Below are positions 27,995-37,783 of a stretch of 64,000 bases of DNA, piece by piece. The translations under genes and the position numbers were made by a program. The DNA is from Candidatus Ozemobacteraceae bacterium (GTDB taxonomy: Bacteria > Muiribacteriota > Ozemobacteria > Ozemobacterales > Ozemobacteraceae), in the NCBI GenBank assembly GCA_965140445.1, contig OZ223236.1:320001-384000 (forward strand), read 5' to 3'. Below the pieces are notes generated by a model. It had not been told where the DNA came from, did no database searches, and saw only the letters and a program-made list of their open reading frames with translations. Position 1 is the first letter of the stretch; each line of letters opens with the position of its first letter.

Positions 27995-28597
27995 CTATTT
28001 TGAACTTTCCGGAAGCTTTAGCAACTCTTCATGGAATTTTTTCTTAAAGTCTTCAGGCAGTCTTGCCTCATACTCAGAAATAATTTCGATACCATCGTGG
28101 TGCAGTGCTTCTGCCTTAGCAAACATTTCTTTAATTCTTCGTTGAGCGCTTGAAAGCTCAGAAGAAAGGCTTTCTTCAACGGATTTCCACTTTGCGTTCA
28201 ATGCTTCATTAAGCTTTTGGTTATGCTCAAGAAGTTTGAATAAAAGCATTTGCTGACTGCCCTGGGAAGCTCCTTCAAACTTGGCCAGTTTTAAACCAAG
28301 CTCGTCTTTCCAGGCTCTCAAGCCTTCAAGCTCCTCAACCAGTTGCTCAATCTGTTCATCTTTCTCGGTGAGCTTTCTTTGATAGTGCTCTTCCGTTCTT
28401 TTGAGCTGGCGAAAGCCATCTTCAGAAATAGCGGCTCGAACATTCTCATGCTCTTTTCGGGATGAGCCCAATTCCTGCTCATACTTTTCTTTAATAAGAA
28501 CGATTTCTCGGTTTTTAAAGTAGATAACAACCTTACCGCCAAGTGCAAACAAGGCGGTAAGGATTAGTATAAGACCTATTACTTGAATTGGATCCAT
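27995..28597 (-). CDS. Membrane-anchored coiled-coil protein
   Basis: N-terminal TM helix followed by long Glu/Lys/Leu heptads. Confidence 0.7.
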   Translation of the reverse strand: MDPIQVIGLILILTALFALGGKVVIYFKNREIVLIKEKYEQELGSSRKEHENVRAAISEDGFRQLKRTEEHYQRKLTEKDEQIEQLVEELEGLRAWKDELGLKLAKFEGASQGSQQMLLFKLLEHNQKLNEALNAKWKSVEESLSSELSSAQRRIKEMFAKAEALHHDGIEIISEYEARLPEDFKKKFHEELLKLPESSK

Positions 28598-28611
28598 TTT
28601 TTGGTTAGTCC

Positions 28612-29658
28612 TTAATTTCCGCTGAAAGCCAATCTGGAAAGCCCACCAGAAACGCCATCGTTAGCAACCCACATTACTGTTGATGAAGACTGGCTAACGC
28701 CTCTTGCAGAGTCTCCGGCAAGTCCGTTAGTTGTAGAATATAAAACAAAATTAACCATATCATATGTTAAATATGCGCCTTTATCAGTTCCAATCCAATA
28801 TCTGGTGGAGCTATTGCTGCTAACAATTTCTGGAGTATAGCTGTAAGGAGTCTGGGTGGTGAGATTGGTCTGAGTCCATGCGTTTCCGCTATCGGCAGAA
28901 GTAATCAATCCACTATTCGGTCCACCTGCATACCAGGCAGTTCCAATTTTGAAGAAAAGAGTAGCTCCACTTGCTAACCCTATGTTGGTTACCTGTTTTA
29001 CAAACTGATCACCACTGGTATCAAATCTAAATAAACCAGCTTTACCAGTAGAACCAGTACCACAGGCCATAATTGTCGTAGAATCAACAAAAATATCACT
29101 TACTGTACTGGCCGTCATGCCTTTTGCAGTACCATAAAAAGTAATGGCTCCGTTATCAACTTTTGCTACGGAGTTTGTAGTAGCTGTCAGATCTTCAAGA
29201 CCAACCCAAAATGTTGAAGTTGCCTGTCTTGCAAAAGAAAGAACTTTTACGCCGCCAAAACCAGGAACAGCGGTAATAGAGGCAGTTGTGGCTGTATACT
29301 TAAATAGCCCGGAGTCAGTACATATATACATATCGCCGATACCATCAGCAACTATTTTATTAATAGACTGATTTGTAAGACCTGCATCAGTGTTTTTTGT
29401 AAAAGTAGGAGCAGAGAGGTCTGGGTTAAAACTGAACAACCCATTGGCAGTTCCTGCATACATGAGACCAGTCGTAGTTGGTCTAACTGTAGATCTAATA
29501 TCTTGATTAGTTAGAGTATTAGCAGAAGCTGTATCAAAAGAGGTTACAACAAATCCATAAGGATTAATGGCGCTGTCTAATCCTCCGCCACCGCCGCTGC
29601 TACAAGCAACCAGAAGAGGAATAACACAAATTAGAAACAATACAGAAAATCTTTTCAT
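28612..29658 (-). CDS. Thr/Ser/Gly-rich lipoprotein, beta-propeller (regulator-propeller-like repeats)
   Basis: Lipobox LVAC, Gly linker, repeats MYAGTANGL, MYICTDSGL, YWIGTDKGA, NGLAGD. Confidence 0.75.
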   Translation of the reverse strand: MKRFSVLFLICVIPLLVACSSGGGGGLDSAINPYGFVVTSFDTASANTLTNQDIRSTVRPTTTGLMYAGTANGLFSFNPDLSAPTFTKNTDAGLTNQSINKIVADGIGDMYICTDSGLFKYTATTASITAVPGFGGVKVLSFARQATSTFWVGLEDLTATTNSVAKVDNGAITFYGTAKGMTASTVSDIFVDSTTIMACGTGSTGKAGLFRFDTSGDQFVKQVTNIGLASGATLFFKIGTAWYAGGPNSGLITSADSGNAWTQTNLTTQTPYSYTPEIVSSNSSTRYWIGTDKGAYLTYDMVNFVLYSTTNGLAGDSARGVSQSSSTVMWVANDGVSGGLSRLAFSGN

Positions 29659-29752
29659 TAACCAAACTCCATTTTTATATTTTGATTACGATACTTTTTT
29701 CTCAACTTGCAAGAGACTGTTTAAAGAATATTGCAAAGTTAAATAGCTTTCA

Positions 29753-30946
29753 TCAAGTGAACTGGATATCCCCACTAACAGAATCAGCCTTAAATTCTCC
29801 GCCTTCTGCGCCCGACTTAAGCTGTGTCCCCTGATTGTTCAGAGGTGTAACATCTCCACGCCAATCCAGAATCACATCACCACTTCTTGTAGTGGCTTCA
29901 ACAAGACTCCATGGGCCAGTCATTTTTTCTACAATGATATCCCCAGATGTAGTCGCCAAGGACACTTCTGTCTCTTCTGAAATATTTCCTTCTGTTAGAA
30001 GAATATCTCCAGAAACAGAATTTATCTTCAATTTGCTGATATTTGACGATTTAACCAGAAAATCCCCCGAAGTGGATTTAATCTGCATTGCAATCTCTCC
30101 ACCTTCTATCTGAACGGAACCGCTGACAGTTTCTATCAATGAATCCTTCAAATCTGCGCCCTGAATTCGGATATTTCCTGAGACAGTTTTTAGCTCTTCT
30201 ACCTTAAATTTTCCACGAATTTTAATCCCAGCCGAAACCGTTTTACATTTAAGCAAAACTTCTTCTGGTAAAGCAATTTCCATATCCATAACAGCTTTTA
30301 CAGGTTGATTTTTATCGAATCCAATATACACAACCCCGTCTTTTACCCTGATCCCCTGCTTAGAGAACCATTGAGAAGGCTGATATTCGCCCATTGTAGA
30401 CTTTCCAACTCTGCCCATAACGCGAATCTTAAACTCATCTGCTTTGTGAATTCTAATTTCCCCAAAAATATTCTCAATCACAAAGCTCTTACAGTTCTTA
30501 ACCTCATCTGAAACCCCGGCAACAAAATCAACAGTAACACCATCAAGGGGGTCGCCTTTCATAGTGCTCATTTCAGCGGCCATGGTGCCTACTACATCAT
30601 GCATCCAGGTTCCAAATTCTTTCATTCTTTCTTTAAATTCCTTGCTCCGAGGTTCAGCATTTTTAATAGCGGTTTGAACCGTCTGCTGGACCGTTTGTGC
30701 AAGATTTCTTAAATCAAAACCCAGCTTTGTAGCCTGCGAAAATGGGTTTTCAAAATTGTCTGAATCCCTACTTTCATCCTCTTCATCATGAAATTTTGCA
30801 GATCTTCTCGGGGGCTCCTGTTCTTCTTTTTGCTGGGAAGCCTGACTTCGGTTACTGTCAATGGCTGAAAGAAGCTCTTCAGATTCTTCGACAGTGATCT
30901 TTCCTTCGGCGAGCATGCTCAATATCTTTTTTCTTGCGTCAGACAT
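29753..30946 (-). CDS. DUF4097 (LiaX/YvlB-like) protein with SHOCT-like N-terminus
   Basis: RKKILSMLAEGKITVEESEELL, followed by repeated TVSG/TSGD beta-helix motifs. Confidence 0.85.
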   Translation of the reverse strand: MSDARKKILSMLAEGKITVEESEELLSAIDSNRSQASQQKEEQEPPRRSAKFHDEEDESRDSDNFENPFSQATKLGFDLRNLAQTVQQTVQTAIKNAEPRSKEFKERMKEFGTWMHDVVGTMAAEMSTMKGDPLDGVTVDFVAGVSDEVKNCKSFVIENIFGEIRIHKADEFKIRVMGRVGKSTMGEYQPSQWFSKQGIRVKDGVVYIGFDKNQPVKAVMDMEIALPEEVLLKCKTVSAGIKIRGKFKVEELKTVSGNIRIQGADLKDSLIETVSGSVQIEGGEIAMQIKSTSGDFLVKSSNISKLKINSVSGDILLTEGNISEETEVSLATTSGDIIVEKMTGPWSLVEATTRSGDVILDWRGDVTPLNNQGTQLKSGAEGGEFKADSVSGDIQFT

Positions 30947-31034
30947 TCTTAACCTCCAATAAACTAAGGGCCGTATTTTCTATCAGGCTATTATATACCT
31001 TGAAGAGCAAAGGCTCAACCTGTCGAAGTTCGCC

Positions 31035-31874
31035 TTAAACAGCGGGATTGCTCAAATCTTTAACAAATATTGAAGAAACTTTAGCTTTCTTAATTCTTTG
31101 CAAAAAACAATTAACAGCACTTTCGGAAATATCCGCGCCAATCCATTTTCGATTCAAAGTTTCTGCCGCAACTAACGTGCTGCCACTGCCGAAACAAAAG
31201 TCTCCAACCAAATCTCCTTCACAAGAAAGCGCTGAAATAATTCTTTCAAGAAGAAAAAGTGGTTTTTGAGTGGGATAGCCAACCCGCTCTTTGGACATTG
31301 GATTTATAATCGGAATATCCCAAACATCGTCAACTGGCGTTCCTTTTGGGTCTGGCATATATCTTTTACCACTGGCAGCTTTTATTCCTCCCTTTGCATA
31401 CCCTGAAGTCTTTTTGTATGGCACTCTTATTGAATCAATATTGAAAACTGGCTTTTTGCCACGACTATACCAAAGAAGCGTATCGTGCTTACAGGAAAAC
31501 CTGTTTCGAGAGCGACCACCACCAGTATAATGCCATATAATCTCATTCATAAAGCCTTGATAGCCAAAAACTTCATCAAGGATTACTCTTGCATAATGGG
31601 AAGTTCGCCAATCAAGGTGAAGAACAAAGCTTCCGTTATCCATTAAAAGCGGGTAAAGAGCTTCTATTCTTTTTTTAAGCCAGGGAAGATACTCATCCAG
31701 ATGGCCTTTCCAACTATCATTATATCTCCATTCAGAATTAGCTCCAACTTGCTCTCTACCTGTTAAAAATGGTGGATCAAGGTAAATTAATCTGAATGCA
31801 TTTTGTGGCAAAACCGGGGCAACATCTATCATGTCGCCCCGGAATATTCCAGATTTTGAAAGAAAATCAGTCAT
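31035..31874 (-). CDS. Site-specific DNA N6/N4 methyltransferase (beta class), orphan
   Basis: LIYLDPPF (motif IV), NEIIWHY, YPTQKP, DFCFGSGS (motif I). Confidence 0.9.
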   Translation of the reverse strand: MTDFLSKSGIFRGDMIDVAPVLPQNAFRLIYLDPPFLTGREQVGANSEWRYNDSWKGHLDEYLPWLKKRIEALYPLLMDNGSFVLHLDWRTSHYARVILDEVFGYQGFMNEIIWHYTGGGRSRNRFSCKHDTLLWYSRGKKPVFNIDSIRVPYKKTSGYAKGGIKAASGKRYMPDPKGTPVDDVWDIPIINPMSKERVGYPTQKPLFLLERIISALSCEGDLVGDFCFGSGSTLVAAETLNRKWIGADISESAVNCFLQRIKKAKVSSIFVKDLSNPAV

Positions 31875-31879
31875 TTATC

Positions 31880-33259
31880 TCAGCAATTTCCCAGCTTTTT
31901 GGAGAGGAATTGCTGCAAATCTTCAATTTTCACTCTTTCCTGTTCCATAGTGTCTCTGTCTCTAACAGTTACTGAGTCATCATCAAGAGTATCAAAGTCA
32001 ACTGTAATACAATATGGAGTTCCAATTTCATCCTGTCGGCGATACAACTTACCAATTCCAGCTGTATCATCATATACAGTTCTCCATCCACTTTTTCTCA
32101 TAAGGCTATTTTTAATTTCTTTAGCTTTATTTCTTATTGCTTCATTGTTTTTCTTCAAAGGAAGAACAGCAACTTTAATAGGAGATAGTTCAGGATGCAG
32201 TTTTAAAACTGTTCTCTGGCTTCCATTAACTTCTTCTTCACAATATGAATCCATTAAGAAAGCTAGTGTGGCTCTATCTACTCCAGCAGAGGGTTCAATA
32301 ACAAACGGAAGAATGTGCTCATTATTTTCATGGTCAAAATAAGTCAGTTTATTTACAGCGTGAACATTTGGAATTTCACGGCCATCGCTTAAAACAAGTT
32401 TTCCGCCTTTGGTATGGCACTGAAGATCAAAGTCAGCTCGATTTGAAATGCCTTCAACTTCGTCAAACTGCTTGCTTTCATCTTCTCTATCTGGGAAAAA
32501 CTTATAAAGAAGATCAACAGTAGCTTTGGCATAATGGGCCAATTCTTCTTTTTTCTGTTCGTATTTTTTAAGGTTTTCAGGTCTTATTCCAAGATCCACA
32601 TACCATTGGAAACGATCGTTAACCCATTTTTCGTGCCATTCTTCATCAGTTCCAGGTTTTACAAAGAATTCGATTTCCATTTGCTCGAATTCCCTTACTC
32701 GGAAAATAAAGTTACGCGGGGTAATTTCGTTTCTGTAAGACTTACCAATCTGGGCAATCCCAAAAGGAAGCTTTCTATTGGTTGAATCCAAAACATTTTT
32801 AAAGTTGATAAAAATGCCTTGAGCAGTTTCTGGTCTGAGATAGGCTATATTATTTTCATCTGCCACAGGCCCGACAGTTGTTTTAAACATCAGATTAAAA
32901 GGACGTGGATCAGTTAAATCATGAGTATCGCCTTCTGGACACTTTTCTTTTGCATCAACCTGATCAGCGCGGAATCTTTTCTTACACTTACGGCAATCAA
33001 CCATTGGATCAGAAAAAGTCTCTTCATGGCCAGAATATTTAAGAACTAGGCGATTCATTAGAATGGCGCAATCAAGGCCTTCCATGTCATCTCTTTCATA
33101 TATAACTTTGCGCCACCAGGCTTTTTTCACATTGTTCTTTAATTCAACTCCAAGTGGGCCATAATCCCATGTTCCCTGAAGTCCACCATATTGATCACTG
33201 CCTTGAAAAATAAAACCGCGACGTTTACTAAGCGAGATGATTTTTTCGAGATCTACCAT
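31880..33259 (-). CDS. glyQS: Glycine--tRNA ligase, homodimeric alpha2 type
   Basis: [35 protein letters not shown], anticodon-binding domain. Confidence 0.96.
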   Translation of the reverse strand: MVDLEKIISLSKRRGFIFQGSDQYGGLQGTWDYGPLGVELKNNVKKAWWRKVIYERDDMEGLDCAILMNRLVLKYSGHEETFSDPMVDCRKCKKRFRADQVDAKEKCPEGDTHDLTDPRPFNLMFKTTVGPVADENNIAYLRPETAQGIFINFKNVLDSTNRKLPFGIAQIGKSYRNEITPRNFIFRVREFEQMEIEFFVKPGTDEEWHEKWVNDRFQWYVDLGIRPENLKKYEQKKEELAHYAKATVDLLYKFFPDREDESKQFDEVEGISNRADFDLQCHTKGGKLVLSDGREIPNVHAVNKLTYFDHENNEHILPFVIEPSAGVDRATLAFLMDSYCEEEVNGSQRTVLKLHPELSPIKVAVLPLKKNNEAIRNKAKEIKNSLMRKSGWRTVYDDTAGIGKLYRRQDEIGTPYCITVDFDTLDDDSVTVRDRDTMEQERVKIEDLQQFLSKKLGNC

Positions 33260-33639
33260 TTTCTACTCCTGTGCGTTTGATTGCCACTCAATAAGATACT
33301 TTAGATTTGCAATTATAAGGGCAATAGTCTAAAAATGCAATTTAAGGCGTAGATTCAAATCCGATAATCTGTTTTAGAATGAAAAAAAAGTGATGAATTT
33401 TCGAATTATAATTTTGCCTATTGACGTTAAATATAAACATGCCTATAGATAAATATAAGAAGAGCAAATAAATTTGTTTTTCTCTTTTTTTTTGGCGAAA
33501 GTTGTTTTAAATAGCTTTCTCAGAGTTTTTTAGCCATACTTGTTTTAAACAGGCAAGGGTTCTTTAATTTTTATAATGATTTTTAGAGCGGAAATCTTCC
33601 TTACTCTCGTTTTATTCATATAATTTTTTTATAGACACT

Positions 33640-33653
33640 AACAAGCGCTTGTT
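33640..33653. promoter_or_regulatory. Palindromic putative operator AACAAGCGCTTGTT
   Basis: Perfect 14-bp palindrome with a central AAGCGCTT, about 18 nt upstream of a TATAAT in front of the LOG gene. Confidence 0.4.
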
Positions 33654-33685
33654 TTTGTTTTTACAGCTACCTATAATCATTCATT

Positions 33686-34252
33686 ATGAATAAAAAAACC
33701 ACAAAACCTGTAGTATGTGTATTTTGCTCATCCAGTGTAGAAGTCCCAGAAATCGTTAAAAGCGAAGGGGCGGACTTTGCAAAACTTCTAGCCGAAAACA
33801 ATTTTGCGCTCCTTTACGGCGGAACAACCTGCGGACTGATGAAAGTTATCGCTGATGCCCACAAAGCAGCAAACGGGCATCTTATAGGCATAATTCCTGG
33901 ATATATGATTGAAAGGGGCTTGCAGCACCCAGATTTAGATGAATCTTATGCTGTAGAAGACCTTCGCCCGCGAAAACAGGAGATGCTTGATAAATCTGAT
34001 TTTATAGTCGCTCTGCCAGGTGGGATAGGGACCTACGACGAAATCTTTGATTTACTTGCGATGAGGCAACTAAAAAGGCACCACAAGCCTATGTTTCTTC
34101 TAAATACAGATAATTATTTTGAGCCCTTAATCAAGCTGCTAGAACAAGGCGTGAAGTACAACACAATAAAACCAGAACACCTTGAGTTACTAACCGTTGC
34201 TCAATCTCCAGAAGAGTTGGTAAAAAAAATATCCAGCTACAAAACCAACTAG
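33686..34252 (+). CDS. LOG family phosphoribohydrolase (TIGR00730)
   Basis: VCVFCSS, LYGG..GLM, RK, PGGIGTYDE. Confidence 0.9.
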   Translation: MNKKTTKPVVCVFCSSSVEVPEIVKSEGADFAKLLAENNFALLYGGTTCGLMKVIADAHKAANGHLIGIIPGYMIERGLQHPDLDESYAVEDLRPRKQEMLDKSDFIVALPGGIGTYDEIFDLLAMRQLKRHHKPMFLLNTDNYFEPLIKLLEQGVKYNTIKPEHLELLTVAQSPEELVKKISSYKTN

Positions 34253-34719
34253 CAACTTGATTTAATCAAGCTTTTTAAGGTTTCTTCAATTTCTAAATAA
34301 TCTTCTTCTTTTAGATCCGGTCTTTGCGGATACTTCAGAAGAAGATTTTTATTTTTAGAGTTAGCTGGTTCATCGCCAAGCAGGAGAGTGGGGTAATCAT
34401 ACTCACGCGCTCCTTCCACAATTATCAAGTCACATCGCGCAGAAAGAAATTCAATGGCTTCTTCGAGTAAAAGAGCGCTATCTTTAATAAAAATCTCTGT
34501 TGATTCTTTTCCTATACCGATAGTAGCAACTGCACCTGAATCTATGTGTCTACCAGTATCCTTATTGTTGTAAAAAAAATCCAGCTTTTGACGGGTGTGC
34601 TTTATAGTAGCTATTTTCCAGTTCTTCATCCAGGAAATTACACTGTTAATAAATGTTGTTTTTCCCGATCCGGAGCTACCAAGAACTCTAACAACTGGTT
34701 TTTCTAGATTGTTGATCAA
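34249..34719 (-). CDS. mobB: Molybdopterin-guanine dinucleotide biosynthesis protein B
   Basis: GSSGSGKTT, ATIKH, KDT, DLIIVEG. Downstream of moaC. Confidence 0.8.
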   Translation of the reverse strand: MINNLEKPVVRVLGSSGSGKTTFINSVISWMKNWKIATIKHTRQKLDFFYNNKDTGRHIDSGAVATIGIGKESTEIFIKDSALLLEEAIEFLSARCDLIIVEGAREYDYPTLLLGDEPANSKNKNLLLKYPQRPDLKEEDYLEIEETLKSLIKSSC

Positions 34720-34734
34720 AGGAAAACTCCTCTA

Positions 34735-35661
34735 TCAAATCTTAACTGTTATAAAGCTATCGCCAGTTTTCAGACTGCCTTCGGTTAAAATAATGGTAAA
34801 AATTCCTTCTCTGGGCATAACACAATCCCCAGCTTTGTAATAAACAGCGCATTTTGTATGACATTCTTTACCTATCTGAGTAACCTGCATTATAACGCCT
34901 GGACCTGCATACATAAGAGTGCCGACAGGCAGTTCATAAAGACAAACTCCAGAAGTAGCAATGTTTTCTGCAAAAGAACCAAAATCCACCGTTAAACCCT
35001 GCGCCTTCATCTTATCAATGCTTTCCACACCAAGCATTGAAACCTGCCTGTGCCAATCACCGCCATGAGCATCATTTTCCATTCCGAATGCTACTTTAAA
35101 ATATGCTTCATCAATGGGATCTTTAGGAACACCTTTGGTTTTGCTTATAGCAAACTTTTCAATCTTGCCTATCTCTGAACCCTCAGCAAGCCAATCCCCA
35201 CTCTTTCCGCCAATTTTTCGAATTAACTTTACGGTTTCAACCTTAGCAGATTTACTAACTCCCTTAACCATGTCATACATATTCATCAAAGCAGTAGTTG
35301 CCCCAACCATTGCTTCCATTTCAACGCCGGTTCTATCTGTGGCCTCAGCAGTTACAAATACGCCAATTCTTTCTTTATCAATCGGAAACAAATCAACTTT
35401 GACGGAATCAAGTCTTATGGGGTGAGTCAAAGGTATGAAATCAGAAGTCTTTTTTGCTGCCATTACTGCAGCAACTCGTGAAGCTGCCCATGCATCGCCT
35501 TTTTTTAGAGAGCCATCTACAAGAAGCTGCATTGCTTCTTCTCCAACTAACATCTGACCGAAAGCCACAGCAACTCGATGAGTCATTGGCTTTCCACCAA
35601 CATTAACCATCTTTATATTGCCGTCCCTTCCCTGGTGCGTAAGAGTATTCATTTCAGACAT
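34735..35661 (-). CDS. moaC: MoaC fused to a C-terminal MOSC domain
   Basis: AAKKTSDFIPLTH, TGVEMEA, YDMVK, then MOSC motifs DAH..WHRQVS, FAENI, TQIGKECH..C, MPREG. Confidence 0.9.
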   Translation of the reverse strand: MSEMNTLTHQGRDGNIKMVNVGGKPMTHRVAVAFGQMLVGEEAMQLLVDGSLKKGDAWAASRVAAVMAAKKTSDFIPLTHPIRLDSVKVDLFPIDKERIGVFVTAEATDRTGVEMEAMVGATTALMNMYDMVKGVSKSAKVETVKLIRKIGGKSGDWLAEGSEIGKIEKFAISKTKGVPKDPIDEAYFKVAFGMENDAHGGDWHRQVSMLGVESIDKMKAQGLTVDFGSFAENIATSGVCLYELPVGTLMYAGPGVIMQVTQIGKECHTKCAVYYKAGDCVMPREGIFTIILTEGSLKTGDSFITVKI

Positions 35662-35783
35662 AGTTGCAGGCCTCCAAAATCGTTTTCATGATTCAAGATA
35701 ACATATTTAAAATAATTGGTTAAGAATTTGTATGTCGTTGATCATATGCGAACAAAATTAAAAAAGTAGTTTGTGGGTATAAG

Positions 35784-35814
35784 AAAAGCGGTCGGGCCTA
35801 AGCCCGACCGCTTT
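35784..35814 (-). terminator. Strong intrinsic terminator of the ompM-like gene
   Basis: AAAGCGGTCGGGC-ctaa-GCCCGACCGCTTT. Confidence 0.85.
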
Positions 35815-35842
35815 AATTGTGCGATTTATCTACGAGTTCAAA

Positions 35843-37783
35843 TTAGAACTGGCTGTAGATTTCTGCCCAGAACATGTTGTAGTCATAGTCTGCGTTGAGA
35901 CCACGGCCAGCACTGATTTTCTGAGTAGCGCCGATAGCTTTCTGTGCATTTCCAGTAAGATCGAACTGAGTGTAACCAACTCTGATCTTAGTGTTTTCTG
36001 CAAGCTGATAGCGATATTCAAAAGTGATAACCATAGCTTCTGCATCTGCAACACCGAGGTTGTTCCAAGAATCATAAGCAGTGTTAGTTTTAACAGCTGG
36101 AACAGCAGCGTTAGTGAGACCAGCACCAGCGATGTGACGAGTCATATCGTTAACAGCTGAATCTTTCATTTCGTCCATCCAGTCGCCTGCAAGTCTGAAA
36201 TAATGTTTGCTGTTTCTTGGTCTGTATTCTGCCTGGAGTTTAAGATCATACATGTTAGTAAGACCATTGCGGAAGTATACGTTACCACGGCTGATATCTT
36301 CATAAGGAGTTTCGATACCATCCTGATATCTCTGATCGTTATCAAGAGCATATCCACCGATTGATTCGTCATCAGCAAAAGTGTAGCTAAGTTTTGCAGC
36401 CCACTCACGTTTGCTATCCCATTTTACTGCAGCGTGACCCATCCAACCTTTAAGGTCTGGAGAAATCCAAGGGTTAGCAGCTGTAGCAGCAGTGTTTACT
36501 ACGTCAAGTTCATAGTTAGTGTATACGAAACCAAGGTCATAATCCCAATGTCCGTTAGCACCGATTGGGCCTTTTGAACCGAATTCTACGTCCCAACGTT
36601 TGTCGCTGCTCTGAGTTCCAGCTGCAAGAGGAGTAGCTGAGTTTACAACTGCACCATTAGTAGCCATGAAAGGAGCTGTAGCGGCTGCGAAGAGAGGAGT
36701 AATTCTTCTCTGAGCGAGGAGGTTTGGTTCATCCTGCATGTAGAAGTTCAAATAGAGATCGTGGTCTCTGTATTTTGTAGCAAGGTTCATGTTCCATACG
36801 TTGCGGAAATCAACTGCTGCGTTATCTTTGTAGTTACCAACGTGTCTATCATAGATAGCCTGGAATACTACGTCGATGTCGCCACTTCTTTTGTAATATC
36901 TGATAGCGTCAACATAGTCATTAAGGAGCATGCCATGACCAGCTGTGTAGAAGTTTCTACCGAAAGTGAAGTCGCCACCGAAACGGAACATATCTTTGAT
37001 ATGTAAGTAAGCAAGGTCAACAACTCTGTCAGTTACAGTGTTAACACCGATTCCAGCAGAACCGAAAGCGCCGCCCATTGCAGACTGGCCACCGTTAACG
37101 TTGTCGAGATTTTTTGCGAAGAGACTCCAGCGAGCTACTGCAGTGATGTTTTCATCAATGTGAGCTTTGAACTTGAATCTGATCTGGCTTTCTGTGAGAG
37201 AGTTGTTGCTGTTACCAGCGTTAACTCTTGCAGTTGCTGGAGCTCCGGCTACGCCGAATCCAAAAGGAACGTTCCAGTCATTTTTATGAGTAAGGCTAGT
37301 ATGTCTTACAAGCATATCGCCTGAAAGTTTTACTTTTTCCATTCCGCCCTTAGCCATGTAATCTTTGATTCCTTCTACGTCTCTCTTGAGCATAGAAACA
37401 TCTTCTTTTACAACCTGCATATCGTCTTCGAGAGCAGTTACTTTCACGCCGAGGAGTGCAAGTTCGTCTGCGAATTCAACAGTAAGTTTTTCAAGAGTCT
37501 GGAGGTCAGACTTAGTTACAAGGTTAGTGCCGATACCAGATTCCATCATCTGTTCAACATTAGCGAGCATTTTAGCTGTGATCATAGCAAGAGCATAACG
37601 AGTTACAGCTTTGCGGCCTTTGAATGTTCCATCAGGGAAGCCCTGAAGAATGCCTTTAGCGGCAAGTTTGTTTACTGCATCATATGCCCAGTGTGAGAAA
37701 GGTACATCTGAAAAAGGATTAGCGGAAGCAGCTATAGTTGTAAGAAGCATAGCAGCTACGAGAAGGATTGATAGACGTTTCAT
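35843..37783 (-). CDS. OmpM-like major outer-membrane protein (SLH + coiled coil + beta-barrel)
   Basis: Signal peptide, ANPFSDVPFSHWAYDAV SLH, LEKLTVEFADELALLGVKV coiled-coil signature, barrel ending in Phe. Strong C-ending/GCT codon bias suggests high expression. Start moved to ATG 37783 after AAGGGG. Confidence 0.88.
   Translation of the reverse strand: MKRLSILLVAAMLLTTIAASANPFSDVPFSHWAYDAVNKLAAKGILQGFPDGTFKGRKAVTRYALAMITAKMLANVEQMMESGIGTNLVTKSDLQTLEKLTVEFADELALLGVKVTALEDDMQVVKEDVSMLKRDVEGIKDYMAKGGMEKVKLSGDMLVRHTSLTHKNDWNVPFGFGVAGAPATARVNAGNSNNSLTESQIRFKFKAHIDENITAVARWSLFAKNLDNVNGGQSAMGGAFGSAGIGVNTVTDRVVDLAYLHIKDMFRFGGDFTFGRNFYTAGHGMLLNDYVDAIRYYKRSGDIDVVFQAIYDRHVGNYKDNAAVDFRNVWNMNLATKYRDHDLYLNFYMQDEPNLLAQRRITPLFAAATAPFMATNGAVVNSATPLAAGTQSSDKRWDVEFGSKGPIGANGHWDYDLGFVYTNYELDVVNTAATAANPWISPDLKGWMGHAAVKWDSKREWAAKLSYTFADDESIGGYALDNDQRYQDGIETPYEDISRGNVYFRNGLTNMYDLKLQAEYRPRNSKHYFRLAGDWMDEMKDSAVNDMTRHIAGAGLTNAAVPAVKTNTAYDSWNNLGVADAEAMVITFEYRYQLAENTKIRVGYTQFDLTGNAQKAIGATQKISAGRGLNADYDYNMFWAEIYSQF

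Noticed and set aside
31035..31874. Restriction-modification or defence island around the MTase
   Set aside because: The neighbours are glyQS and a DUF4097 envelope protein, with no nuclease or other defence gene.
33545..33619. 24-codon minus-strand ORF MNKTRVRK... in the large intergenic region
   Set aside because: No SD and no recognisable features. It is likely chance in AT-rich DNA.
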